DNA from: Pseudomonadota bacterium
Lineage (GTDB): Bacteria > Pseudomonadota > Alphaproteobacteria > Sphingomonadales > Sphingomonadaceae
Direction: 5' to 3'
Assembly (NCBI GenBank): GCA_023391375.1
Contig: JAEWBB010000005.1
Location: forward strand, 56,165-120,164
DNA: 64,000 bases
This document shows positions 1 to 9,078 of the stretch, piece by piece. A model generated the notes under the pieces. That model saw only the letters and a program-made list of their open reading frames with translations. It was not told where the DNA came from and searched no databases. The translations under genes and the position numbers were made by a program. Every line of letters starts with the position of its first letter. Positions within the stretch are counted from its first letter, which is position 1.

Positions 1-1
1 C

Positions 2-121
2 GCCCACCCCGAATTCTCGCACTGGAAATGGGTCGAGCCGCACTATCTCCCCGACCTCATCGTCCCCTTCAAGCGCGACCTGTACCGCGCGATCCTCGAC
101 GGTTTCGCCGACCATTTCTGA
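2..121 (+). CDS. rppH: RNA pyrophosphohydrolase (Nudix), 3' end only
   Basis: Frame 2 reads AHPEFSHWKWVEPHYLPDLIVPFKRDLYRAILDGFADHF*, matching the RppH C-terminal pattern PEF..W.W...IV.FKR..Y. Not in the ORF track because it is partial. Confidence 0.85.
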   Translation, partial: AHPEFSHWKWVEPHYLPDLIVPFKRDLYRAILDGFADHF

Positions 122-124
122 CGG

Positions 125-997
125 CTATCGCTTCCCGATCATCACGCCCCACGCGCTGTGAAGTTCGCCGGCTCCGGCTGTTCCTTCCGGTGGGACCAGG
201 GGGAATGCCCACTTGCCGATCAGCTCCTCCGCAGCCGGACCGGTGAAGTGGCCGCTGAACGCATTGGTTCCCGCCCCGGCGATGTCGAAACGTCCGGAAA
301 AGCTGGTCGAGCCGGCACCGAACGCCGTATCGACCAGTGCAATCGGACCGAAGTCCTTTACCGTGATCGCGTCCCACCCATCACTCGAGTATAGAGTCGG
401 TCGGATCGAACCACCGAGAGTCCCTGCCCCGAAATCGAAGGCCAATTGAATCGGCCCGTCGACCCATTCGTTGAAGCCGGCGCCGGGAATGGCGATGTCG
501 GTCTTGCCGATCAACCATCCTTGATAGGTCGCACTCCCCGTCAGTGGTACCGCACCGGCCGGCGTCGAGACACCGAACGCAATCTGGTCGCTGGACTTCT
601 GGTCCTGGACGTAGCCCATCGCGCTGAAGGTGTAGCGCTCCGAGACGCCCAGCGTCCCGCCGTCGAACGGGAAGCTGGTCGGCGACGGGGTGTCGTTGTA
701 CGTCCTCAACGTTTTCCAGGTCGCGGCGTCCGACGATACCTCGTAGGTCTTGGTGGCCGCGTCGTAGCGGATGTCGAAGGGCTCGGGATCCGCGGTGCTG
801 GCCGACACCAGCGGCTGCGTCGGCTCGACCGCGAACATCGTGCCGTTCGTCGTCTGCGGGGGTTGCGGCGTCAACGGCGTCGGCGGCGTGGATACCACGT
901 TGCCGACGCCGGCCCCGCCGCCTCCGCCCCCGCAAGCGGCCAATGCCAGGGCCGCAGCCCCGACCCAAAGATTTCCAATCCGGTGTCGATTTTTCAT
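125..997 (-). CDS. Surface lipoprotein with transferrin-binding-protein-like C-terminal beta-barrel
   Basis: Lipobox LAAC followed by poly-Gly and a Pro/Thr linker. C-terminus has P.TGSATYQG...DFGAGTLGGSI...FSGHFTGPAAEELIGKW, typical of TbpB-like barrels. GGAGGAG RBS upstream of ATG 997. Confidence 0.75.
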   Translation of the reverse strand: MKNRHRIGNLWVGAAALALAACGGGGGGAGVGNVVSTPPTPLTPQPPQTTNGTMFAVEPTQPLVSASTADPEPFDIRYDAATKTYEVSSDAATWKTLRTYNDTPSPTSFPFDGGTLGVSERYTFSAMGYVQDQKSSDQIAFGVSTPAGAVPLTGSATYQGWLIGKTDIAIPGAGFNEWVDGPIQLAFDFGAGTLGGSIRPTLYSSDGWDAITVKDFGPIALVDTAFGAGSTSFSGRFDIAGAGTNAFSGHFTGPAAEELIGKWAFPLVPPEGTAGAGELHSAWGVMIGKR

Positions 998-1148
998 CTC
1001 GCCTCTCCTCCATTGGGACACCCGGACCGTGCGTGACGAGGAAGTCTTCTGGCCATGACGGTTTGCCGATGATCAGCCGATGATGGGTCGATTGGTGAAC
1101 GGGCCGACGGGTGGCGCTTGGGCAAAGGCCGCGCTAGGGACGGCGGCG

Positions 1149-2357
1149 ATGGAGGGGCTGACGTCATTGGAGCGCGCTTGCGTCGAGCGCGCGATCGCTT
1201 CGCAAGGGGCGATGGAAGAGCGCACGCGCGCCTGGGCGGCGGTCAATAGCGGCAGCCGCAACCTCGACGGGCTGGCGACGGTCGGCGCGATGATCGGCGA
1301 GGCGCTGGGCGTCCTTCCGGGCGCCCTTGCGTGGGTCCAGCCGACACCGGTCGAAGCGGTCGATAGCGCCGGAAAGCGCTTTGCACTGCCGCATGGTCGG
1401 CACCTGCGGCTGACCGTCCGCGCCGAGGCGACGACCCAACTTCTCTTCACCGGCCACATGGACACCGTCTTCGCCGCCGACCACGCCTTCCAGCATGTCG
1501 AGGCACGCGGCGACGGGACGTGGAACGGGCCGGGCGTGGCCGACATGAAGGGCGGCATCGCCGTCATGCTCGCCGCACTGGAAGCCATCGAGGGTGCGAA
1601 CCCATCCTTCGGCTATGAAATCGTCATCAATTCGGACGAGGAGGTCGGCAGCCTCGCTTCCGCCGCGCTGCTGAAGGACGCGGCGCAGGGCAAGCGTGCC
1701 GCGCTGACCTATGAGCCTGCCGCCCTGCCCGACGGAACGCTGGCCGGCGCGCGGCCCGGAAGCGGCAATTTCAGCTTCATCGTGCGCGGCCGTTCGGCCC
1801 ACGCCGGTCGCAATCCGGAGGACGGCCGCAACGCGCTGCTCGCCGCCGCCGACCTCGCGCTGCGCCTCAAGGCCGGGATGGGACCGGCCCTGTCGGTCAA
1901 CCCGGCCAAAATCGATGGCGGCAGCCCCAATAACGTCGTCCCCGACCTCGCCATCCTGCGCGTCAACCTGCGCCCCGCGACCCCCGAGGACCAGGCGCGC
2001 GCGCAAGGCCTGATCGAAAGCAGCGTCGCGGCCGTCGCGGCCGACCATGACGTCAGCATCGACACCCACGGCCATTTCGCCCGCCCGCCCAAGCCGATGA
2101 CGCCGGAGGCCGAAGCGCTTTTCGGCCTCGTTGCCAGGGCCGGCGCCGACCTGGGTCAGGCCATCCGCTGGCAGCCGACCGGCGGGGTGTGCGACGGCAA
2201 CAACATCGCCGCCTGCGGCGTGCCGGTGATTGACACGATGGGCGTGCGCGGCGGCATGATCCATTCCAGCGACGAATATCTCATCGTCGATTCCCTCCCC
2301 GAGCGCGCGGCGCTGTCCGCCCTCGCCATCCTCCGTTTGACCGGGACCTCTTCATGA
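1149..2357 (+). CDS. M20 family metallohydrolase (carboxypeptidase G2-like)
   Basis: GHMDTVF, GPGVADMKGG, SDEE and GRSAHAG motifs plus C-terminal IHS.DE. Stop overlaps the astA start (ATGA). Confidence 0.9.
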   Translation: MEGLTSLERACVERAIASQGAMEERTRAWAAVNSGSRNLDGLATVGAMIGEALGVLPGALAWVQPTPVEAVDSAGKRFALPHGRHLRLTVRAEATTQLLFTGHMDTVFAADHAFQHVEARGDGTWNGPGVADMKGGIAVMLAALEAIEGANPSFGYEIVINSDEEVGSLASAALLKDAAQGKRAALTYEPAALPDGTLAGARPGSGNFSFIVRGRSAHAGRNPEDGRNALLAAADLALRLKAGMGPALSVNPAKIDGGSPNNVVPDLAILRVNLRPATPEDQARAQGLIESSVAAVAADHDVSIDTHGHFARPPKPMTPEAEALFGLVARAGADLGQAIRWQPTGGVCDGNNIAACGVPVIDTMGVRGGMIHSSDEYLIVDSLPERAALSALAILRLTGTSS

Positions 2358-3373
2358 CTTTCCGTATCCGGGCCGCGACGCCCGACGATTTCCGCGCCCT
2401 CTACGATCTCGCCAAGCTGACGGGCGGCGGCTTCACCAACCTGCCCGCCGACAAGGATACGCTGGAGCGCAAGCTGGCGACCAGCGAGGCCGGATTCGCG
2501 CGCGAGGGCGAGAACCCGGGCGACGACCTCTACGTCTTCATGCTCGAGGATTACGATACGAAGGCGATCCGCGGCACCTGCCAGGTGTTCGGCGCGGTCG
2601 GCACCGACCGCCCCTTCTACAGCTACCTGATTTCAACCCTGACGCAGAAGAGCGACGAACTCAGCCGCATCTTCCGCAACCAGACGCTGAACCTCACCAC
2701 CGACCTCGAAGGGTCGAGCGAGGTCGGCGGCCTGTTCCTCCACCCGGCCGAGCGCGCCGGTGGCCTCGGCATGCTGCTCGCCCGTTCGCGCTACCTGTTC
2801 ATCAAGCAGCACCGCCCTCGGTTCGGCGACATCGTGCTGGCCGAACTGCGCGGGGTGATGGACCAGGCCGGCAATTCGCCTTTCTGGGACGCCCTGGGCG
2901 GCCGATTCTTTGGCATGACCTTCCCCGAGGCGGACGAATTCAACGCGGTCCACGGCACGCAATTCATCGCCGACCTGTTCCCCAAGTCGCCGATCTACGT
3001 CTCGATGCTGCCCGACACGGCGCGCGCGGTGATGGGCCAGCCGCACCCCACGGGCCGCGCCGCGATGAAGATGCTGGAGAACGAGGGCTTCGACTTCGAC
3101 AGCTACATCGACATTTTCGACGGCGGCCCGACCGTCACCTGCCGCACCGACCGCATCAAGACGGTGATGAACAGCAACTGGTTCAAGGTCTCCGGCGCCA
3201 ACGAGACCGGCGGCGGCGAAACGATGATGCTGGCGGCCGGCACCTACCACAAGTTCGCCGCCTGCTACGGCCAGGTCGTCGGCGACGGCAAAGGCGGCCT
3301 TCTGCTGACCGACAAGGTGATGGAGATGCTCGACGTCGAGCCGGGCGAGCGCGTGCTGGCGGTGAACCGGTGA
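2354..3373 (+). CDS. astA: Arginine N-succinyltransferase
   Basis: SEVGGLFLHP, LARSRYLFI, AELRG, SPFW and YIDIFDGGP motifs; coupled to astB. Confidence 0.95.
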   Translation: MTFRIRAATPDDFRALYDLAKLTGGGFTNLPADKDTLERKLATSEAGFAREGENPGDDLYVFMLEDYDTKAIRGTCQVFGAVGTDRPFYSYLISTLTQKSDELSRIFRNQTLNLTTDLEGSSEVGGLFLHPAERAGGLGMLLARSRYLFIKQHRPRFGDIVLAELRGVMDQAGNSPFWDALGGRFFGMTFPEADEFNAVHGTQFIADLFPKSPIYVSMLPDTARAVMGQPHPTGRAAMKMLENEGFDFDSYIDIFDGGPTVTCRTDRIKTVMNSNWFKVSGANETGGGETMMLAAGTYHKFAACYGQVVGDGKGGLLLTDKVMEMLDVEPGERVLAVNR

Positions 3374-4617
3374 GCATTCGGGAGATCAATTTCGACGGGC
3401 TGGTCGGGCCGAGCCACAATTATGCCGGGCTGAGCCTCGGCAACCTCGCCTCGTCGCGCAACGCGGGCGCCGAAAGCTATCCCCGCGCGGCCGCGCTACA
3501 GGGGCTGGCCAAGATGCGCGCCAACCTCGAGCTCGGGCTGGCTCAGGGCCTGTTCGTGCCGCAGCCGCGACCGGGCCGGGCTTGGCTGGCGCAACTGGCG
3601 ACCTCGTTCGAGGATGCCGACGCGCTGCTCGCCGCCAACGCCATGTCGGCGTCGTCGATGTGGGCGGCCAATGCCGCGACCGTCAGCCCGGCGCCCGATA
3701 CCGCCGACGGCAAGTGCCACCTGACCGTCGCCAACCTGCAGACCATGGTCCACCGCAGCCACGAGTGGCCGGCGACGCTGGCGCAGCTGCAGGTTGCGTT
3801 CGCATCTCCCGCCTTCGCGGTTCATGCGCCGGTGCCGACCTTCGGCGACGAGGGCGCGGCCAACCATATGCGCCTCGCCGGCGGCCATGGTGAGCCGGGG
3901 GTCGAGATCTTCGTCTACGGCGTGGCCGGCGGCCCCTACCCTGCCCGCCAGCATGTCGAGGCCTCGCGCGCCATTGCCCGCCTCCACCGGCTCGACCCGG
4001 CCCGCACCTTTTTCGCACAACAGTCCGACGAGGCGATTGCCGCCGGCGCGTTTCACAACGATGTGGTCGCGGTGGCCAATGGCCGCGTCCTGTTCGCGCA
4101 TGAAAAGGCGTTCGCCGACAAGGCGCCGTTGCTCGACTTCTGCGCGGCTGGCATCGTGGACTTCGCCTTCGTCGAGGTGCCCGATGTCGAGGTGCCGCTG
4201 GCCGACGCGATCCGCAGCTACCTTTTCAATTCGCAGCTCGTTACCCTGCCGGGCGGCGCGACCGCGCTGATCGCGCCGACGGAGTGCGCCGAGACGCCGA
4301 GCGTCAAGGCATGGATCGACCGGCACCTCGCGTCGAACGGCGCGATCCGGCAGGCAATCTTCGTCGACGTGCGCCAGTCGATGGCCAACGGCGGCGGCCC
4401 CGCCTGCTTGCGGCTTCGCGTCCAGTGCGACCCTGCCGACGTCGATCCGCGCTTCCTGCTCGACGCGGGAAAAATCGGGCGGCTGGAGGAACTGGTGGCA
4501 GGGGCCTGGCCCGAAAGCGTCCACCCGTCGGCGCTGCAGGAACCCGCCTTCGTGGGCGAGGTCGAGGGTGCGCGGCGCGCTCTGCTCGATATGCTGGAAT
4601 TGAGCGATCTGCTGTAA
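3370..4617 (+). CDS. astB: N-succinylarginine dihydrolase
   Basis: EINFDGLVGPSHNYAGLSLGN, SASSMWAANAAT, DEGAANH, FHNDV and SMANGGGPACLRLRV motifs. Confidence 0.97.
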   Translation: MSIREINFDGLVGPSHNYAGLSLGNLASSRNAGAESYPRAAALQGLAKMRANLELGLAQGLFVPQPRPGRAWLAQLATSFEDADALLAANAMSASSMWAANAATVSPAPDTADGKCHLTVANLQTMVHRSHEWPATLAQLQVAFASPAFAVHAPVPTFGDEGAANHMRLAGGHGEPGVEIFVYGVAGGPYPARQHVEASRAIARLHRLDPARTFFAQQSDEAIAAGAFHNDVVAVANGRVLFAHEKAFADKAPLLDFCAAGIVDFAFVEVPDVEVPLADAIRSYLFNSQLVTLPGGATALIAPTECAETPSVKAWIDRHLASNGAIRQAIFVDVRQSMANGGGPACLRLRVQCDPADVDPRFLLDAGKIGRLEELVAGAWPESVHPSALQEPAFVGEVEGARRALLDMLELSDLL

Positions 4618-4672
4618 GGTAAATTGACAGTTAACCGTTCGGTTTAACGGAAATTTGCCGGAACCGCGCCAT

Positions 4673-4688
4673 TGGCACGGCGTTTGCT
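4673..4688 (+). promoter_or_regulatory. Sigma54 (-24/-12) promoter
   Basis: TGGCAC-GGCGT-TTGCT matches the consensus TGGCAC-N5-TTGCW, in intergenic DNA directly before an ORF. Confidence 0.75.
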
Positions 4689-4694
4689 TAACCT

Positions 4695-5027
4695 ATGGAC
4701 ATGCGCGCGAAGCTGTATCGGCTGTTCCGTCCCTCGACCCGGCTCGAGGTCTTTTTCCTGATCTGGGCGATGGCGCTCGGCGCCACCGAGCGCGCCAAGC
4801 ATTACCTTGAAACCGTGCCGGGCGCGGCGGGCTATATCCTTGCCCTCGCCTGCACCGCGGTGGTGTTCATCGCCGGCGGCATGCTGCTCGATTTCGTGCG
4901 CAAACCGGCCGAACAGACCGCGCCCGCGCTTGCGGCGTCAACGGTGCGGCGCCGCCGCACCCGCGCCTTCAGTCATACTCGGCGAATGCGGTCCCCGACG
5001 GCCCGCGGCGAAGCGTCACGCGGCTGA
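4695..5027 (+). CDS. Small membrane protein of unknown function (2 TM segments, Arg-rich tail)
   Basis: Two hydrophobic segments and host-like codon usage; follows the sigma54 motif. Alternative start at ATG 4701. Confidence 0.65.
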   Translation: MDMRAKLYRLFRPSTRLEVFFLIWAMALGATERAKHYLETVPGAAGYILALACTAVVFIAGGMLLDFVRKPAEQTAPALAASTVRRRRTRAFSHTRRMRSPTARGEASRG

Positions 5028-5304
5028 CCTCGCACAAGTTGACCCCCGACCAGGTGACCTGACCCGCGCCGCCGACGGTGGCGCGGATGTCGAACGCGCA
5101 ATCCGGATCCGAAAAACGCACGCTGGTCGATGCGCCCGGGCTGGCCCCGTTGGGGAGCGCGGTCCAGGCGGCCGTGCCGTGACGGCGGATCGAAAGGTCG
5201 GACAGCGCGCCGTCGGTCTTGTTGACCAGCGTGAAATTGCCGGCCTGTGCCCACGCCGGCGCGGCAAGCGCTAGGGCCAGGACTGTCAGGACAGGACGCT
5301 TCAT
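4969..5304 (-). CDS. Small secreted protein of unknown function
   Basis: Signal peptide MKRPVLTVLALALAAPAWA; NFTLVNKT...C.FDIRA...GVNLC with a Cys pair. Confidence 0.75.
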   Translation of the reverse strand: MKRPVLTVLALALAAPAWAQAGNFTLVNKTDGALSDLSIRRHGTAAWTALPNGASPGASTSVRFSDPDCAFDIRATVGGAGQVTWSGVNLCEVSRVTLRRGPSGTAFAEYD

Positions 5305-5612
5305 CGCAACAACCTCGTCTTCGCGGGGAAAGGAGGAACCGGCGGCGCGCACCTTCCCCGCTCGTCAGGCGCGCGCCCCGATCTGCCGGCCGAACCGGCG
5401 GACCGCACCGGTATCGCACGATTACGATGAGTCGTGCATGAACGACGATAGCCGGATTCGCCTAAGTTGTCATCCACCGTCAGCTTTCTGCCCATCGCCG
5501 GGGGGCGCGAATCGATGGGAATTTTTAACCATCGTGAAACCTTTGGTGGGCATCGTGAGCCTGTGGACAAACGCGTCCGGGGCAATGGGACGCGGTGTGG
5601 GGAGTGCGGGTC

Positions 5613-5774
5613 ATGGAATCGAACCAGCGTTTTTATCTCCGCCGGGCAGCGGAAGAACGGACCGCCGCGATGCGCGCGATGACTCCGGCCGCCCGCGACT
5701 GGCATGCCAAGCTGGCCGCCGACTTCGCCGAACGCGCCCTGGCGCACGGCGCGCCGATGGCGCTCAGCGCCTAA
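5613..5774 (+). CDS. 53-aa small helical protein (below ORF-track cutoff)
   Basis: ATG 5613 to TAA 5774: MESNQRFYLRRAAEERTAAMRAMTPAARDWHAKLAADFAERALAHGAPMALSA. GGGGAG RBS, high GC3, followed by a terminator hairpin. Confidence 0.75.
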   Translation: MESNQRFYLRRAAEERTAAMRAMTPAARDWHAKLAADFAERALAHGAPMALSA

Positions 5775-5800
5775 CTGTCAATTTCAGTGTCGAACGGGAC

Positions 5801-5825
5801 AAGGCGCCGCAAGGCGCCTTTCTTG
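5801..5825 (+). terminator. Intrinsic terminator after the small ORF
   Basis: AAGGCGCC-GCAA-GGCGCCTT hairpin (GNRA loop) followed by TCTT. Confidence 0.7.
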
Positions 5826-5837
5826 TGCGCAAAACAC

Positions 5838-5867
5838 AAAAAAGGGCCCTCTTTCGAGGACCCTTTT
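5838..5867 (-). terminator. Terminator of tRNA-Arg(ACG), probably bidirectional
   Basis: AAAAAAGGGCCCTC-TTTC-GAGGACCCTTTT hairpin with A/T tracts on both sides. Confidence 0.7.
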
Positions 5868-5874
5868 GGAGTGT

Positions 5875-5951
5875 TGGCGCGCCCGGAACGATTCGAACGT
5901 CCGACCCTCAGATTCGTAGTCTGATGCTCTATCCAGCTGAGCTACGGGCGC
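5875..5951 (-). tRNA. tRNA-Arg(ACG)
   Basis: Reverse complement GCGCCCGTAGCTCAGCTGGATAGAGCATCAGACTACGAATCTGAGGGTCGGACGTTCGAATCGTTCCGGGCGCGCCA; 77-nt cloverleaf with CCA end. Confidence 0.97.
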
Positions 5952-6058
5952 GCGGCAGGTGGGCACATAGGGGGGCTATCCGAACCGCGCAACCCTTATT
6001 CGCGCTCTATCGGGACACTGATTGCACTTCGGCCCGCCCCCAGTGTAGCGAACGGGCG

Positions 6059-6562
6059 ATGACCCGCCTCGCTCCCGCCATCGTCCTTGCCCTGACCCTC
6101 GGCGCTTGTGCCTCGCACCGCGTCTCCCTTGAGGGGCTGCGGCCTCGAGCTGCGGAAGCGATCGACCCGCGCGTGCCGCTGCCGACAGAGGCGGTGGGCA
6201 AACCCGCCGACAGCTCGATTGCCGGCCGGATCGCGGCGGCGGAGCGCCAGGCCCGCGACGGCGCGGCGCAGTTCGACGCCCTCCTCCCTGCCGCCCGCGC
6301 GGCGGCCGCCAACGCGAGCGGAAACGGCAGCGAAAGCTGGATCGCGGCACAGCAGTTGTTGAGCGCACTGGTCGGCGCCCGCGCACCGGTCAGCGATGCG
6401 CTGGCCGACCTCGACGCCCTGGCCGGCGGCCGGGTGGAATCGGTCGGCGACCTCGGCGTGACCGACCGCGAGCAATTGTTCGCCGCGTCCGGCCGCCTGT
6501 CGGCGATCGACGCCAACCAACAGTCCGCCCTCGCCACCCTTCGCACCCGGCTGGCGCGCTAG
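6059..6562 (+). CDS. Hypothetical helical lipoprotein
   Basis: MTRLAPAIVLALTLGAC lipobox. This is the real part of track ORF 5219..6562. Confidence 0.75.
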   Translation: MTRLAPAIVLALTLGACASHRVSLEGLRPRAAEAIDPRVPLPTEAVGKPADSSIAGRIAAAERQARDGAAQFDALLPAARAAAANASGNGSESWIAAQQLLSALVGARAPVSDALADLDALAGGRVESVGDLGVTDREQLFAASGRLSAIDANQQSALATLRTRLAR

Positions 6563-7132
6563 CGGCGGGGCGACAGCGCTTCGGCGCGGGCGGCGGACCA
6601 GTCGGCCGCGTCCATCCGCCATTGCCTGGAAATGCCGATCGGCGGATCGAACCGTTCGTCGGTGAAATCGAGGTCCGGCTGGTAGGTCATGCCGAGCCGC
6701 TCCATGAGCCCCCAACTGCCGACATTTTCGGCGGTAGTCACCGCGACGACGAACGGCGCGTCGAAGCGATCGAAGGCGAGATCGAGGACCGCGATTGCCG
6801 CTTCCTTGGCGATGCCGGTGCCCCACGCGTCGGGCCGGTAGCGCCAGCCGATTTCGACATCGCCCTGGTTGGGCGCGCCGGGGTAGTTGACGCGCTTGAG
6901 GCCGCACCAGCCGAGCAGGCGGCCGCTGTCCCGCTCCTCGACGATCCAGAAGGTGAAGCCGAAGTCGCGCTGGTAGCCGAGCAGGCGGTCCGCGGCGGCG
7001 CGGAACTGCGCCGGGGTCTGGAGACCGCCGAGGTGCCGGAGCACGTCGGCATCGTTCATCACGTCGTAGAACGGCGCGATGTCGGCCTCGTCCCACGTCC
7101 GAAGCCGCAGGCGCGCCGTTTCGACGACGGTG

Positions 7133-7140
<8 letters not shown>
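6559..7140 (-). CDS. GNAT acetyltransferase (RimJ/RimL type)
   Basis: ETARLRLR, VEIGWR...WGTGIAKEAA and N..S..LMERLGM motifs. Confidence 0.9.
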
Positions 7141-8128
<988 letters not shown>

Positions 8129-8193
8129 GCGCCGTCCCCTAGCCTTTTGTTGCGACGACGGAAAGAAAGCGCGTGTCGGCGGTTGGGCGCTTG

Positions 8194-9078
8194 ATGAAAC
8201 GCCTGCCGAAACGAGCGATCCTGGTGGTCAACGCGATGAGCCGCCAAGGCGCGGCCGTGTTCGAAGAGGCGCGCAAAAAACTTTCCGCCGCCGGGGTCGA
8301 GCTGATCGACGCCATCGCCGTCGAGAAGCCCGAGCAGATGGACGACGCCGTGACCGGCGCGATCGCGCGGGCGCCGATGGTCATCGTCGGCGGCGGCGAC
8401 GGCAGCTTGAGCGAGAGCATCGACCATTTCGTCGGCACCGACACCATCTTCGCGCTGTTGCCGCTCGGCACCGCCAACAGCTTCGCCCGGACGATGGGTA
8501 TTCCCCTCGACCTCGACGGCGCGGTGCAGGTGATTGCCGGCGGCGCGCCGCGTAAGATCGACCTCGGCCGCATCGACGACGATTATTTCCTCAACAATGC
8601 CGCGGTCGGACTCGCCCCGAAGGTAGCCGAAACGGTCCCGCACGGGGTCAAGAAACGGCTCGGGCGGCTCGGTTACCTGGTGTGGGCGGGCCTGTCGGCG
8701 GCCAGCTTCAAGGCGTTCCGGGTCAAGATTTCGGACGGCCGGCGCCAGTGGAAGTTCTGGGCGACGGAGCTGCGCATCGCCAACGGCCGCTTCCACGGCG
8801 GGGTTGAGCTGATCGAGGCGGCGGACGTCGAAAGCGGCGAGATCGTGGTGCAGGCGGTGCGCGGGCGCAGTGTCGCGCGGCTTGGCCTCAACTATCTTGC
8901 CTCGGCGCTGAAACTACGCGAGCGGCGGCGCCTGGCGCGCGAAATCTACGGTCGGGAGCTGACGATTTCGACCCGCCCGCCGATGCGGGTGTCGATCGAC
9001 GGCGAGCTGGGGCCGACAACCCCGTTCAAGGCGAGCGTGGCGGCCGGCGCGGTGACGATCGCCGCGCCACGCGCCTAG
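8194..9078 (+). CDS. Diacylglycerol/lipid kinase family protein (YegS/DgkB-like)
   Basis: GGGDGS, LPLGTANSFAR, NGRFHGG and IDGE motifs. Confidence 0.9.
   Translation: MKRLPKRAILVVNAMSRQGAAVFEEARKKLSAAGVELIDAIAVEKPEQMDDAVTGAIARAPMVIVGGGDGSLSESIDHFVGTDTIFALLPLGTANSFARTMGIPLDLDGAVQVIAGGAPRKIDLGRIDDDYFLNNAAVGLAPKVAETVPHGVKKRLGRLGYLVWAGLSAASFKAFRVKISDGRRQWKFWATELRIANGRFHGGVELIEAADVESGEIVVQAVRGRSVARLGLNYLASALKLRERRRLAREIYGRELTISTRPPMRVSIDGELGPTTPFKASVAAGAVTIAAPRA

Noticed and set aside
4631..4647. Full CtrA box
   Set aside because: The TTAA half-sites are 9 bp apart, not the canonical 7.
5219..6058. 5' part of the 447-aa ORF 5219..6562
   Set aside because: Runs across a small gene, two terminators and a tRNA. 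The real CDS starts at 6059 with a lipoprotein signal.
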